Source of the DNA: an uncultured virus (IMG/VR IMGVR_UViG_3300048926_000230)
Taxonomy: Duplodnaviria > Heunggongvirae > Uroviricota > Caudoviricetes
Strand: one strand, 5' to 3'
Length of the DNA stretch: 64,000 nt
Virus record (IMG/VR): IMGVR_UViG_3300048926_000230
Location: 1 to 64,000 of that record
Numbering within the stretch: the first letter of the stretch is position 1; each line of letters begins with the position of its first letter. Of this stretch, positions 40,101-47,580 are shown piece by piece. Under the pieces are notes generated by a model, which did not search any database, had not been told where the DNA came from, and saw only the letters and a program-made list of their open reading frames with translations. Made by a program: the position numbers and the translations under genes.

Positions 40101-41341
40101 TCGACGAGGTGCTGGATCTGCAGGGCCGCCTGCTGCGCGTTTGGCGACAACTCGGCGATACCCTCGGCGAACTTCTTCGGATCGCCCATATGCTTGATCG
40201 TGTCGGCGAAGCCGGCTGTGCCAATTGCCAAGGTGGCCATGGCCGCCCCGCCTGCTGTTGCCACTGCGGGAAGGACTGCGAGAGCCTGCGACGCGGTGAC
40301 GGCAGCCTCTGCGACGCTGGCCAAGGTAATGAGCACGCCCGAGCCGATGACAGCGCCGGCGCGACCGCCCGGAACGCCGGGCAGGTCGGTCAGCATCGAG
40401 CCCAAAGTGCCCATGCTGCCGCCATTATTGCTACCGCGGCGCTTGTTCTTCTCAGCATCGGAGGCGGCGCGCTTGGCCTCGGCGAGGGACCTGACGGCCT
40501 CCTCCTCCTTCTCGGCGAGCTTCGTCGACTCCTCGCTGATGCGATTCGCCTCCTCGCTTACCGAGGCCGACTCCTTCACGATCTTGCTGTGCTCGGACTC
40601 GACGGCGCTCAGCTCCGAGACGCCCTTCTTGCGTGCGGCGGTTGCGGCTCGACTGGCGGCCTGGGTGGCTTGCACGGCGGCGGTGGCGTCGTTGTAGCTG
40701 TCGCGCAACTGATCGACCATCCGCTGCTGATCGGCAATTGCCTTCAGCTCTTCGATATTTCGCTTGCGCAGGCCACTGGAGTCGTCGCTCATGAGATCCG
40801 CGCGGCGTCGAGCAGCCTTGGCGTCCTCTGCGCTCTCGGCGACCTTGGCGTACGCGCGCAATGCACGGATCTGCTGATCGATATTGGCCAGCTCAGACTT
40901 CGTAGTGTCGGCGTGGTCCTTCTTGAGCTTGTCGCGCTTAGCTTCCGCTGCCGACAAGTCCTTTTCCGCCGCGGAGGCCTTCGCCTTCAGTCGCGTGAGG
41001 CTAGCCAGCAGGTCTGACTCCTGCTTGACCAACTCGTTCTGAACCGTCTTCTGGTCGCTCAACGCGTCGCCGATAGCAATAGCCTTCTGGTTCAACGCAT
41101 TTAGCTTCGCCTGAACCTTGGCATCCTCTTGATTCAGCTTGGTCTTCTGAGCGGTGATCTCATTAACCTTGCCGATGGCTCGCCGGACCCGCGGCATGCT
41201 CTTCTCGTACTCGGTCGCGAGAAGCTTGCCGCCCTGATTACCGGCGCGCTCAAGAGACCCCTGGATCTCGTTGACGGAGTCGTTGATTGACTTCCGGTTG
41301 ATACCAAGGAATCCCTCAATGGCAAGGCGATGGGTGCTCAT
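37145..41341 (-). CDS. Tape measure protein with C-terminal Cys/His peptidase-like motif
   Basis: 1398 aa, Ala/Gly-rich helical, follows the tail assembly chaperones; ADCSSAV...GHAQATLPGG. Confidence 0.9.
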   Translation of the reverse strand: MSTHRLAIEGFLGINRKSINDSVNEIQGSLERAGNQGGKLLATEYEKSMPRVRRAIGKVNEITAQKTKLNQEDAKVQAKLNALNQKAIAIGDALSDQKTVQNELVKQESDLLASLTRLKAKASAAEKDLSAAEAKRDKLKKDHADTTKSELANIDQQIRALRAYAKVAESAEDAKAARRRADLMSDDSSGLRKRNIEELKAIADQQRMVDQLRDSYNDATAAVQATQAASRAATAARKKGVSELSAVESEHSKIVKESASVSEEANRISEESTKLAEKEEEAVRSLAEAKRAASDAEKNKRRGSNNGGSMGTLGSMLTDLPGVPGGRAGAVIGSGVLITLASVAEAAVTASQALAVLPAVATAGGAAMATLAIGTAGFADTIKHMGDPKKFAEGIAELSPNAQQAALQIQHLVDGPMGELKKATQDALFKDSSGMLEFASNQFGPGAQRLTTGIAGSMNNMMGNVLTEFATPDNMKSLETIINNILLAFQKLEPAVAPFADALLGIAETGSKFLPRLADAITNAANSFAKFIQGAQQDGTFEAFINKGIDATKMLIGFIGDLGKWVYQTFGNKSPEDFKATIESAAGAVKGVIGAIQGAANAVNGFLNAIKPVADALGGWENLATTALAVFVGAKMLGAIAGVMNLAGALGMGGVGGALSALPGLAAAAMGPIGLLAAAAGSLLYTLNKIQNAKQVPMNPNDVLPADATPAERATAQRGGLQDLARVPKSQGGLGPDPGEPGYVPPVRPGWGTPAPGEQAPGPAGSWWGSTPEPGGPRFPASTQFDIPPVPESGGGSKPSDSEKIAAELAKLNPSSFMPQIGAMPMGGMGDPREVQAAYQKVIEQARDVRDANMQLAAMQAAGVSSDFEILKAREKVADEEADFRQAQYDLAEKAQGKLSKLSDGFGQIGAQLDNDLGFSKGLPGLADNLVRFIAALATAPLQGMLAPMAAGAKGTGILGMLGYTGGNDTGSSTYGSYGTYGASYLNPGATTAYPGDAALLSRVPKGTYTQEARGDLTQGLADCSSAVEDLVNMLDGMPTSGANVTTANMEEFLRSRGFLPGPGGPGDMRVGFDSGHAQATLPGGTNFNWGSQAAADAGGRSGEGSSVMAQQFYRPVGVGGVGSSPGVPVPPVVSATPGATMPPAVSSTPVTLPPGLVPGPSTNTDPGLTPPLPPLPAPGSVPTGGPLSSGFPNAFGPGMVTPSTPPTASYVPTTPEEQAAPSWTPEGGGNAGVGGGLIGAALSGAGGAANMMMPGMGAAADMAMKAINKTIAFGGKAAGIGMQGLMETFGVSDPDGGGNSTGASWLTRIAGGLAGARPATGMGAGQQGKNSKVDPNDPRNPQGQPGQPGEPGQGAQGGPQQTNHISIAIPPDRAGNAQQLANDVGGAMYNAYINPGG

Positions 41342-41617
41342 TTAGTCCTCCCTGAACTGTCCGGTGAGTTGCGCGTAGATCAGGCTTTGGATTTCGCGCT
41401 TGTGACTGCGCTCCTGCTCGACCTTGACTTCTTCAAGGAATTGCTCAGAGCTGATTCGATACCAACAATCAGGGGGGAGGCCGGCGAGAAGAGTGAGCAG
41501 CCGTCGGCTGCTCATCTTCCCTGTATGCCAGTCCCCTATATCAACGCCGTGATATAGGGAGAGGTCGCACTCAATCTCCCTCGGGAACGTCTTCCACAGT
41601 GGAATCGCTTCCGTCAC
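41342..41617 (-). CDS. Tail assembly chaperone, frameshift extension (gpT-like)
   Basis: EIECDLSLYHGVDIGDWH...MSSRRLL; overlaps the end of gpG in the +1 frame. Confidence 0.75.
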   Translation of the reverse strand: MTEAIPLWKTFPREIECDLSLYHGVDIGDWHTGKMSSRRLLTLLAGLPPDCWYRISSEQFLEEVKVEQERSHKREIQSLIYAQLTGQFRED

Positions 41618-42080
41618 TTTTGGAGTCGGCCTTCACCCGCTTCTGGAACGCGTCATTCATCTGCGCCCAGATCAGGCCGACCTGGTTACCAGAACCGCCG
41701 GCCTTCTTGAACGCTTCGTAGCGCTCACCGAAGAGCACCTGCGCCACGCGGACGTTGTACGAGGGCTTCAGCAGCTCGCCCTTGATGCGGTACGGCTTGA
41801 GGTAATCGCCCTTGACCGTGCTGGCCGGAATGACTGTGCCGTCTTCGAGTTCGCGCTCGGCAATATCGATGTCGGGCTCGCGGTCGCACTTCTCCAGTTC
41901 GAACTGCAACTCTTCCCAGCGCTCCTGCTGGTCGTCGTCGAGCAGGCCCGGGTTGGGGATCTCGAAGATCTCATCGCCCGCCTGGATCTTGACGCTGGCG
42001 GCGAAGCCGAAGTAGTCGGCCGCCTGCTCCTTGGCCTCCTGGTTCGAGATCGGGATGCGAGGGCTCAGGTGCTTGGTCAT
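41571..42080 (-). CDS. Tail assembly chaperone (gpG-like)
   Basis: Position before the tape measure; ends ...ADSKSDGS. Confidence 0.8.
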   Translation of the reverse strand: MTKHLSPRIPISNQEAKEQAADYFGFAASVKIQAGDEIFEIPNPGLLDDDQQERWEELQFELEKCDREPDIDIAERELEDGTVIPASTVKGDYLKPYRIKGELLKPSYNVRVAQVLFGERYEAFKKAGGSGNQVGLIWAQMNDAFQKRVKADSKSDGSDSTVEDVPEGD

Positions 42081-42117
42081 GGATTACTCCTAAAATTTGT
42101 GAGGGAAAGTGGTTGAA

Positions 42118-42630
42118 CTACTTGTGAAATGCGAGGTAGGCGATCAGTCCGCGAAGCTTCTCGACGCTGTCGTTGACGCCGCCAAGAGCGACATTGCATC
42201 CGTTGCAGAGCAGCGATCTAACGCATTTGCCGCACGACTTCTGGCCGGGGCAGCACGCGTGGTCGTGATCGACGTCGAGGCTGCGCCTATCGGGCCCGCT
42301 AGAGCAGGTCGGATTTGCGCATACGCCGCCTTGCTGTTCGAGCATGGCGATGTAATCCGCTTCGGTGATCCGATACTTGCTCTTCAGATAGTCGTTGCGG
42401 CGCTGTGATTTTCGATACCCTGACCCGCGCGGGGAAGCCGCGTACTGGCGCTGCCGATCCTTGATGCGGTCACTATTGGCTTGGTAGTAACTTTTCTGAT
42501 ACAGAGAGCTGCACGCTTTACACCAGTGCTGCAGGCCATCGTGCGTGCTGCGGTTCTTGCCGAACTGATCTAGCGATTTTTCGGTCTTACACTTTGTGCA
42601 TGCCTTCAGTGGATGTCTACACTTTCCCAA
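42118..42630 (-). CDS. Endonuclease VII-family (His-Me finger) free-standing endonuclease; start uncertain
   Basis: CTKC...WCKAC; KYRITEADYIAMLEQQGGVCA...VDHDH...VRSLLCNGCNVALG. Confidence 0.85.
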   Translation of the reverse strand: MGKCRHPLKACTKCKTEKSLDQFGKNRSTHDGLQHWCKACSSLYQKSYYQANSDRIKDRQRQYAASPRGSGYRKSQRRNDYLKSKYRITEADYIAMLEQQGGVCANPTCSSGPDRRSLDVDHDHACCPGQKSCGKCVRSLLCNGCNVALGGVNDSVEKLRGLIAYLAFHK

Positions 42631-42651
42631 TAGGGCTGCAGGGCTGTGGAG

Positions 42652-42692
42652 CCCGCGGTGGTGGACACAGCCCATAGGCCCACCACCGCGGG
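42652..42692 (-). terminator. Hairpin after the major tail gene
   Basis: CCCGCGGTGGTGG/CCACCACCGCGGG 13-bp stem; no U-tract. Confidence 0.5.
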
Positions 42693-42726
42693 TAGAAAAG
42701 GTGAACTCCCAACCGGGAGTTCGGGA

Positions 42727-43731
42727 TTACGACAGGCCGATGACCGATGCCGTGAACGGCGAGGTCGAGGTGATCGCGTTCGTGCCGGTGGCCTTGACGC
42801 GGAACACCCAGTTGGCCGAGGACGTCACGCCACTGACACGGATCGTGATCGTCGTGGTGCCGGTGACGGCAACGACGGTTGCGGTCGTCCACGTAGCACC
42901 GCCGTCGTTGGACTTCTCGACGACGTAGGTGAGTTCGCTCGACTTCGAGGTCGGCTTGGCGAACACGACATCCGCGAGCTGGCCGACCACCGCGGTGGCG
43001 ACAGGCGGCGCGGAGAACACCGGGCGGCCCTGCAGACCACGCCAAGCGGCGCCGTCGCGGAACCGCAGAGCGGGGGTGCCCACGTACGGGCAGAGCAGCG
43101 AGCCAAGCTCGATCTCCATGGTGTCCGGATCGGCCTTGTTCCACGACGAGTTGCCGCGGTTGCGCAGCGACATGCGCGGGAAGACCTCAGCGACGAAGTT
43201 CTCGCCGTCGAAGCCCAGCGCGATCACCTGGCGTTCCAGCAGCGGGGTCTCCGCCGGCTTGCGAATGCCGTAGCCCGCCTTGCCGACATCCTGCAGCGAC
43301 TGCAGCGGCAGGTCGTAACGCAGAGCGTCGACCAACGGGATGCCCTCCAGGGCCTTGATGGTGATGCCGTCGTTATCGGCGGTGACGTCGAACCGGACCG
43401 CGCGCTTGGACTGCGCGATCATGGTTTCGGCAACGTCGGTGTTGTAGGTCATTTCGAGGCCGTCCTCATGGAGGGCGCCGAGGTGATAGAACCCGAGGTT
43501 CGGTGCCTCACCGAGCAGGTCGGTGCGCAGCTTGCCGTCGAGCGCGAACGGCGAGAAGTCACCATCGTCGTTCAGGCCGACCGCGGGGTCCGCGAGGTTG
43601 TGGACCGTCCCGTCCGGATTCAGGTAGTCCCGAATCAGCAGATCGGTCACGATCATCTTGCGGACAGTCAGCGGGTTGATGCCCTGCTGCAGGATCTGCC
43701 CGTAAGTACCGCCGGAGTTGGGCAATGCCAT
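42727..43731 (-). CDS. Major tail protein with C-terminal FN3/Ig-like domain
   Basis: LGALHEDG tube motif; C-terminal YVVEKSNDGGATW...WVFRVKA. Confidence 0.85.
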   Translation of the reverse strand: MALPNSGGTYGQILQQGINPLTVRKMIVTDLLIRDYLNPDGTVHNLADPAVGLNDDGDFSPFALDGKLRTDLLGEAPNLGFYHLGALHEDGLEMTYNTDVAETMIAQSKRAVRFDVTADNDGITIKALEGIPLVDALRYDLPLQSLQDVGKAGYGIRKPAETPLLERQVIALGFDGENFVAEVFPRMSLRNRGNSSWNKADPDTMEIELGSLLCPYVGTPALRFRDGAAWRGLQGRPVFSAPPVATAVVGQLADVVFAKPTSKSSELTYVVEKSNDGGATWTTATVVAVTGTTTITIRVSGVTSSANWVFRVKATGTNAITSTSPFTASVIGLS

Positions 43732-43797
43732 AAGCTAGTTGTTCCTTTCGAATTGCCCTGCTCACAGGGCGGCGAGGATTAGTTGGTTGGGGCCGAA

Positions 43798-44076
43798 TTA
43801 CTTCTCGGCGGGCTTCGCCTTCGCGGTGGGCGCGGGCAGGCCACTGACGAGCGTCTTGGGATCGACAGGCTCGACATCGGCCTCAATCACGAAGCCGGCC
43901 GGGATGATCGGGGCGCCGCCGGGGAACATCGCGTCCTCGGAGAGCGAGCGCTCCACATCGGCGCCAAGCGCCTCGGCCTGCGCGTCGGTCAGGTCGACGG
44001 TGCGGTTGGCCGCAACCGACTGGACCTTGCCGTCGACGACGTAAGAAACAGCCTTGAGGGTGCGGTACTTCGCCAT
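43798..44076 (-). CDS. Small virion protein sharing its N-terminal module with 23973-26000 and 26684-27889
   Basis: MAKYRTLKAVSYVVDGKVQSVAANRTVDLTDAQAEAL. Confidence 0.7.
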   Translation of the reverse strand: MAKYRTLKAVSYVVDGKVQSVAANRTVDLTDAQAEALGADVERSLSEDAMFPGGAPIIPAGFVIEADVEPVDPKTLVSGLPAPTAKAKPAEK

Positions 44077-44364
44077 GTTTTTCCTCTCTTGGAAATTGGG
44101 AGATCTGGTAGGGTGGGGATGTGCACGAACCGCCCAGGAATCTCCTGACGAGGGACGTACGTGAAAGCGCCGTCGCCCGAATCGACGAGGACGGCGGCTT
44201 TTTGCAGGTCTATTGGGGTGAATTCGCGCTAGGCGGAAAGATTCAGACCAAAGGCCCGCGCTGCAGGCCGTGGAAGCACACGTGGGATTACGTGACCTAC
44301 AAGACCGGCGTCGGCCGGCTCAATCACGACAAGTTGTGCACCACCTGCAACAGGCGGATACCGC

Positions 44365-44796
44365 TCAACTAGCGGCTATATACCGGAAGTCGACCTCGTA
44401 GAGGCCGATCATCTGGTAAATCTTTTTGGGCTGTCCATCGTCGACGTATTTCTGCTTACGGAAGTACTCCGTGTTGTAGACATTGTCCGCATATACGTCG
44501 CCGGTCGAAATGGTTACCCGCTGCTGGCCAGTGAATCGACCGGCGAGATATTCCATTCGCCGGTGCACCAGGGTGCAGAAAGTCGAAGCCTTAGCCTCGG
44601 TCTCATGAAAGACGTGGATCGAATACTTGCCGTTGTCGACAAGCCCATCCGCATTGCCGCCGCCGCGGGCTACCATGATGAATGGCAATACCGAATTGGT
44701 GGGCTTCTCAGATCGGCACTCCCCCAGCGGAGAGAGCCATACCTGCAGGACTTCCAGCCCATTCGGCGGTGCCCAGTTGGTCATTTCGACGGTCAT
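44365..44796 (-). CDS. Tail terminator
   Basis: APPNGLEVLQVWLSPLG...LPFIMVAR; position. Confidence 0.7.
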   Translation of the reverse strand: MTVEMTNWAPPNGLEVLQVWLSPLGECRSEKPTNSVLPFIMVARGGGNADGLVDNGKYSIHVFHETEAKASTFCTLVHRRMEYLAGRFTGQQRVTISTGDVYADNVYNTEYFRKQKYVDDGQPKKIYQMIGLYEVDFRYIAAS

Positions 44797-45266
44797 CGGA
44801 CGTTCGGTTTCCTCTCCATTGCCGCAACTGTGCGGCGCATAGGCGCGAATTCTGGAGTGGGTGTTTTCGGACCCCATGGAGAGCGCGATCCCGGCTTATC
44901 TTCATTTGTGCCGTATTCGATCCAATGGGCTTTCGGGTCGTCGTTATAAACGAGGCCGACCATAACGCCACCCTTTCGTAGGGCGCGTTTAATCCATAGC
45001 CGTTGGCCGAGCGATAGCTCTTTCTTCTTGATATTCCGCCGATAACTCCCCGTCGCGTACGGGTGCGGCTTTCCTGTTTCCTGGGCAAGGACGCCCTCCA
45101 TAGAGGAGTCCCAGATGAATACCCAGGTGTCGTGAATATCGTAGATAAAACGGCGCAAGGCCCGCTTGATGTCGCGATTGCGACTCAGTCCGTCGAAGAT
45201 CGTGTCCTCGACGTCCTTGTAGCGGACCTCTACATGCGAAGTGACCCAGGTTTCGGTTCTAGCCAC
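44793..45266 (-). CDS. Head-tail connector / HK97 gp10-like protein
   Basis: TGSYRRNI...DPKAHWIEYGT...TPEFAPMRRT. Confidence 0.7.
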   Translation of the reverse strand: MARTETWVTSHVEVRYKDVEDTIFDGLSRNRDIKRALRRFIYDIHDTWVFIWDSSMEGVLAQETGKPHPYATGSYRRNIKKKELSLGQRLWIKRALRKGGVMVGLVYNDDPKAHWIEYGTNEDKPGSRSPWGPKTPTPEFAPMRRTVAAMERKPNVR

Positions 45267-45267
45267 A

Positions 45268-45624
45268 TCAGCCGTCCATCCGCTGGCAGATGATCGTCAC
45301 CTTGAACGGCCGGCCGCGCGGACCCGGGAACACCCTTGGCCCGCCGACGATCTGGTAGGTGATGCCGTCGACCTCGACCTCGTCGTTCGACTTGGCTGCC
45401 ATCACCGTGGCCGTCGGCGGCGCGGTGCACCTCCACGGGTCGGTAACGATGTCGCCCACGTTGATCGCCGGGGCGTCGATCTCCTCCTTGGCGGTCATCG
45501 GACGAAAGCGGCACCCGCGCACGGGTACCTTTACGCGGACAGTCTCGGGATTGCCCAGGATGTCGCGGTTGTTCAAATCCTCGGTGACAGTGACGAAGTA
45601 GACCGTCTGACTGCCTAGCCTCAT
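45268..45624 (-). CDS. Head-to-tail stopper
   Basis: VRGCRFRP...DGITYQIVG; position. Confidence 0.75.
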   Translation of the reverse strand: MRLGSQTVYFVTVTEDLNNRDILGNPETVRVKVPVRGCRFRPMTAKEEIDAPAINVGDIVTDPWRCTAPPTATVMAAKSNDEVEVDGITYQIVGGPRVFPGPRGRPFKVTIICQRMDG

Positions 45625-46181
45625 GCGACCGGAATCAATCGATACTGGTACAGGACGGACTCTTGCATCGGTTGCTTGGCGATACCCCAGCTACGGTCTG
45701 TGATACCAGACGCGCGCAGGGAGACATCGTCGACCTCGATGCCAGTAAGCTGACCACTGAGGCCCGTGCCGGCACTGGCCACGGTGCGGTCAATGAGCGC
45801 CAGCACCTCCTCGCGGAAGGCCATTGCCTCGGCCGCGGCGAAGCCATGCTCCACCGTGACCACCACGCGCCCACGCCAGAAACCGTCCTTGCGGTACAGG
45901 ATTCCGGGTTCGTTGGTGTACTGCTCGATCTCGTCGACCGGAACAGTCACGCCATCTTCGGTGCACGAGGTAATGGAATCGACCTTCAGCGTCGGGATGA
46001 CGATGTAAGGCCATCCGCCGCCGTCGACCACGAAGGTGTCCGACCGGACCGGCGAAACGTGCCAGCCGCAATACCGGCGGACCTTGTCGAGGGATGTGGC
46101 CAGTAGGCGCGCGTTCTCGACAGGGTCGATCAGCTCGGGGTTGTAGGCCACGACGTCGGCAAGTTCAAGCTCTTCAGCCAT
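45621..46181 (-). CDS. Head-to-tail adaptor
   Basis: VRRYCGWHVSP...VTVEHGF. Confidence 0.8.
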   Translation of the reverse strand: MAEELELADVVAYNPELIDPVENARLLATSLDKVRRYCGWHVSPVRSDTFVVDGGGWPYIVIPTLKVDSITSCTEDGVTVPVDEIEQYTNEPGILYRKDGFWRGRVVVTVEHGFAAAEAMAFREEVLALIDRTVASAGTGLSGQLTGIEVDDVSLRASGITDRSWGIAKQPMQESVLYQYRLIPVA

Positions 46182-46198
46182 GACGGCCCCCCATTCGG

Positions 46199-46471
46199 TT
46201 AGTCGGTGGTTTCCTTGCGGGGACGGCCGCGGCCACGCTTGACGGGCTCTGCGGCGGTCTCCAGGGGCGGCTCGCTCACGGCGGTCTCGGTCGGTGCCGC
46301 GGCAACCTTCGTTTCCGGCGCCGGCGCGGAGACAGCCTTCTCGAAGTCCTGCAATGAAGCCCGCACCTGGCGGGCCCTATCCTCGGCGTCGACGGCCTCG
46401 TAGACCGCCAACTCCTGTAAGAGGGCCGCGCGGTAATCGGCCGCGAAGTCCCTCACGTTCTGGTCGGACAT
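46199..46471 (-). CDS. Small capsid-adjacent protein with C-terminal AT-hook (KRGRGRPRK)
   Basis: RBS aggag; motif seen directly. Confidence 0.7.
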   Translation of the reverse strand: MSDQNVRDFAADYRAALLQELAVYEAVDAEDRARQVRASLQDFEKAVSAPAPETKVAAAPTETAVSEPPLETAAEPVKRGRGRPRKETTD

Positions 46472-46478
46472 GTTTCTC

Positions 46479-47192
46479 CTACCGAGGGTCACTCTCGACC
46501 CTCTCGAAATCGTTGATCATGGGGCTGTAGATGTCTTTCAGCCGCTTTCTGTCGTCAGTTCTCAGGTGCGTGCGGTGCTCCAGGCGGACATCCCACAAAG
46601 GCTCAGCGGGAAGCGCTTTCGGGCCGGCAAGGAATTCACGCTTGCCGTCGACCGGGGCGGTGACGACGAAGTGCGCCTGCTCGATCCGAATGCCGGGGAT
46701 GGCGCGGAACAGGCACCGCAGCGGATGCTGGGCGTAGCTGGAGGCTTCGCGCTGCCAAAGCATCACCTCGGCGGCGTGTGCGTCAGTGGCCGCCAGTCGA
46801 GACTTGGTGTCCGCGGGTACATCGGAGATGATCTCATCGGCGTCAACCCGGAAAAACCAGTCGCCCGGCTGCGCAAACGTCATGCCGAGCTGGAACATGA
46901 AGTCCCGCTTGGCAACTTCGCCACCCCACTCGTCCCCCCACCAGACCTTGCGCGACTGATGGATGGTGCAACCGATGCCGGCGCCCGCGGCCGTGCGCAG
47001 GATCGCGTCAGCCTGGTCGGTGCCGCTCGCCGGCTGCATCATGGCACCCGGGAAGCCCGCATACGGGCCGTCAACGGCGATGATGTGGTCGGCCAGTCGC
47101 GCGGTAGCGGCAACGCACTCGGCGAGCCAGGTGGGGCTCTCCTCGTACCAGTTCAGCAGTGCAATTATGGCCATGCGGCCACCCGAAGACAC
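46479..47192 (-). CDS. Glycosyltransferase (GT2-like)
   Basis: LLNWYEE...IIAVDG...WFFRVDADE (DxD). Confidence 0.75.
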   Translation of the reverse strand: MSSGGRMAIIALLNWYEESPTWLAECVAATARLADHIIAVDGPYAGFPGAMMQPASGTDQADAILRTAAGAGIGCTIHQSRKVWWGDEWGGEVAKRDFMFQLGMTFAQPGDWFFRVDADEIISDVPADTKSRLAATDAHAAEVMLWQREASSYAQHPLRCLFRAIPGIRIEQAHFVVTAPVDGKREFLAGPKALPAEPLWDVRLEHRTHLRTDDRKRLKDIYSPMINDFERVESDPR

Positions 47193-47392
47193 ACGGTCGG
47201 GAGGATGCGGGGCGGGTCGGTGAGCGTTCGTGCGTATTCGATACCGGTGATCCGGTATCTACCGCCGTCAATCTCGACGACCTCTCCAATGTTCAAAACC
47301 GCATCTTCATAGGGAAGCTGGCGAGTGTCCACCGCGGCGACGCGGCCCCGGCCGGTGATTGTGAACCAATCGTCGGCTGCTAGAAATTTCAC
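47165..47392 (-). CDS. Stand-alone EF-Tu domain II-like protein
   Basis: DDWFTITGRGRVA...LNIGEVVEIDG...ITGIEYARTLTD versus the EF-Tu pattern EDVFTITGRGTVV...INVNEEVEIVG...VTGVEMFRKLLD. Confidence 0.65.
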   Translation of the reverse strand: MKFLAADDWFTITGRGRVAAVDTRQLPYEDAVLNIGEVVEIDGGRYRITGIEYARTLTDPPRILPTVCLRVAAWP

Positions 47393-47580
47393 GCTGGCCT
47401 CACCCTCCCTACGGGTACGCACACCGTCTGGTGGGGCGCCAAACGCTCAGTGCCGCTGCCGTAGTCGGCCTCGGGGTCGATAGCCACGGTGCAACGCGCC
47501 CAGCCGTGGTCGATCCGCTCGACGTGGCCACGAAGGTCTTCGCCATCGAAGTCGACAATGACGTCGTCGCCGGGATTCAT
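47389..47580 (-). CDS. Small SH3-like hypothetical protein
   Basis: PGDDVIVDFDG..RGHVERID; coupled on both sides. Confidence 0.6.
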   Translation of the reverse strand: MNPGDDVIVDFDGEDLRGHVERIDHGWARCTVAIDPEADYGSGTERLAPHQTVCVPVGRVRPA

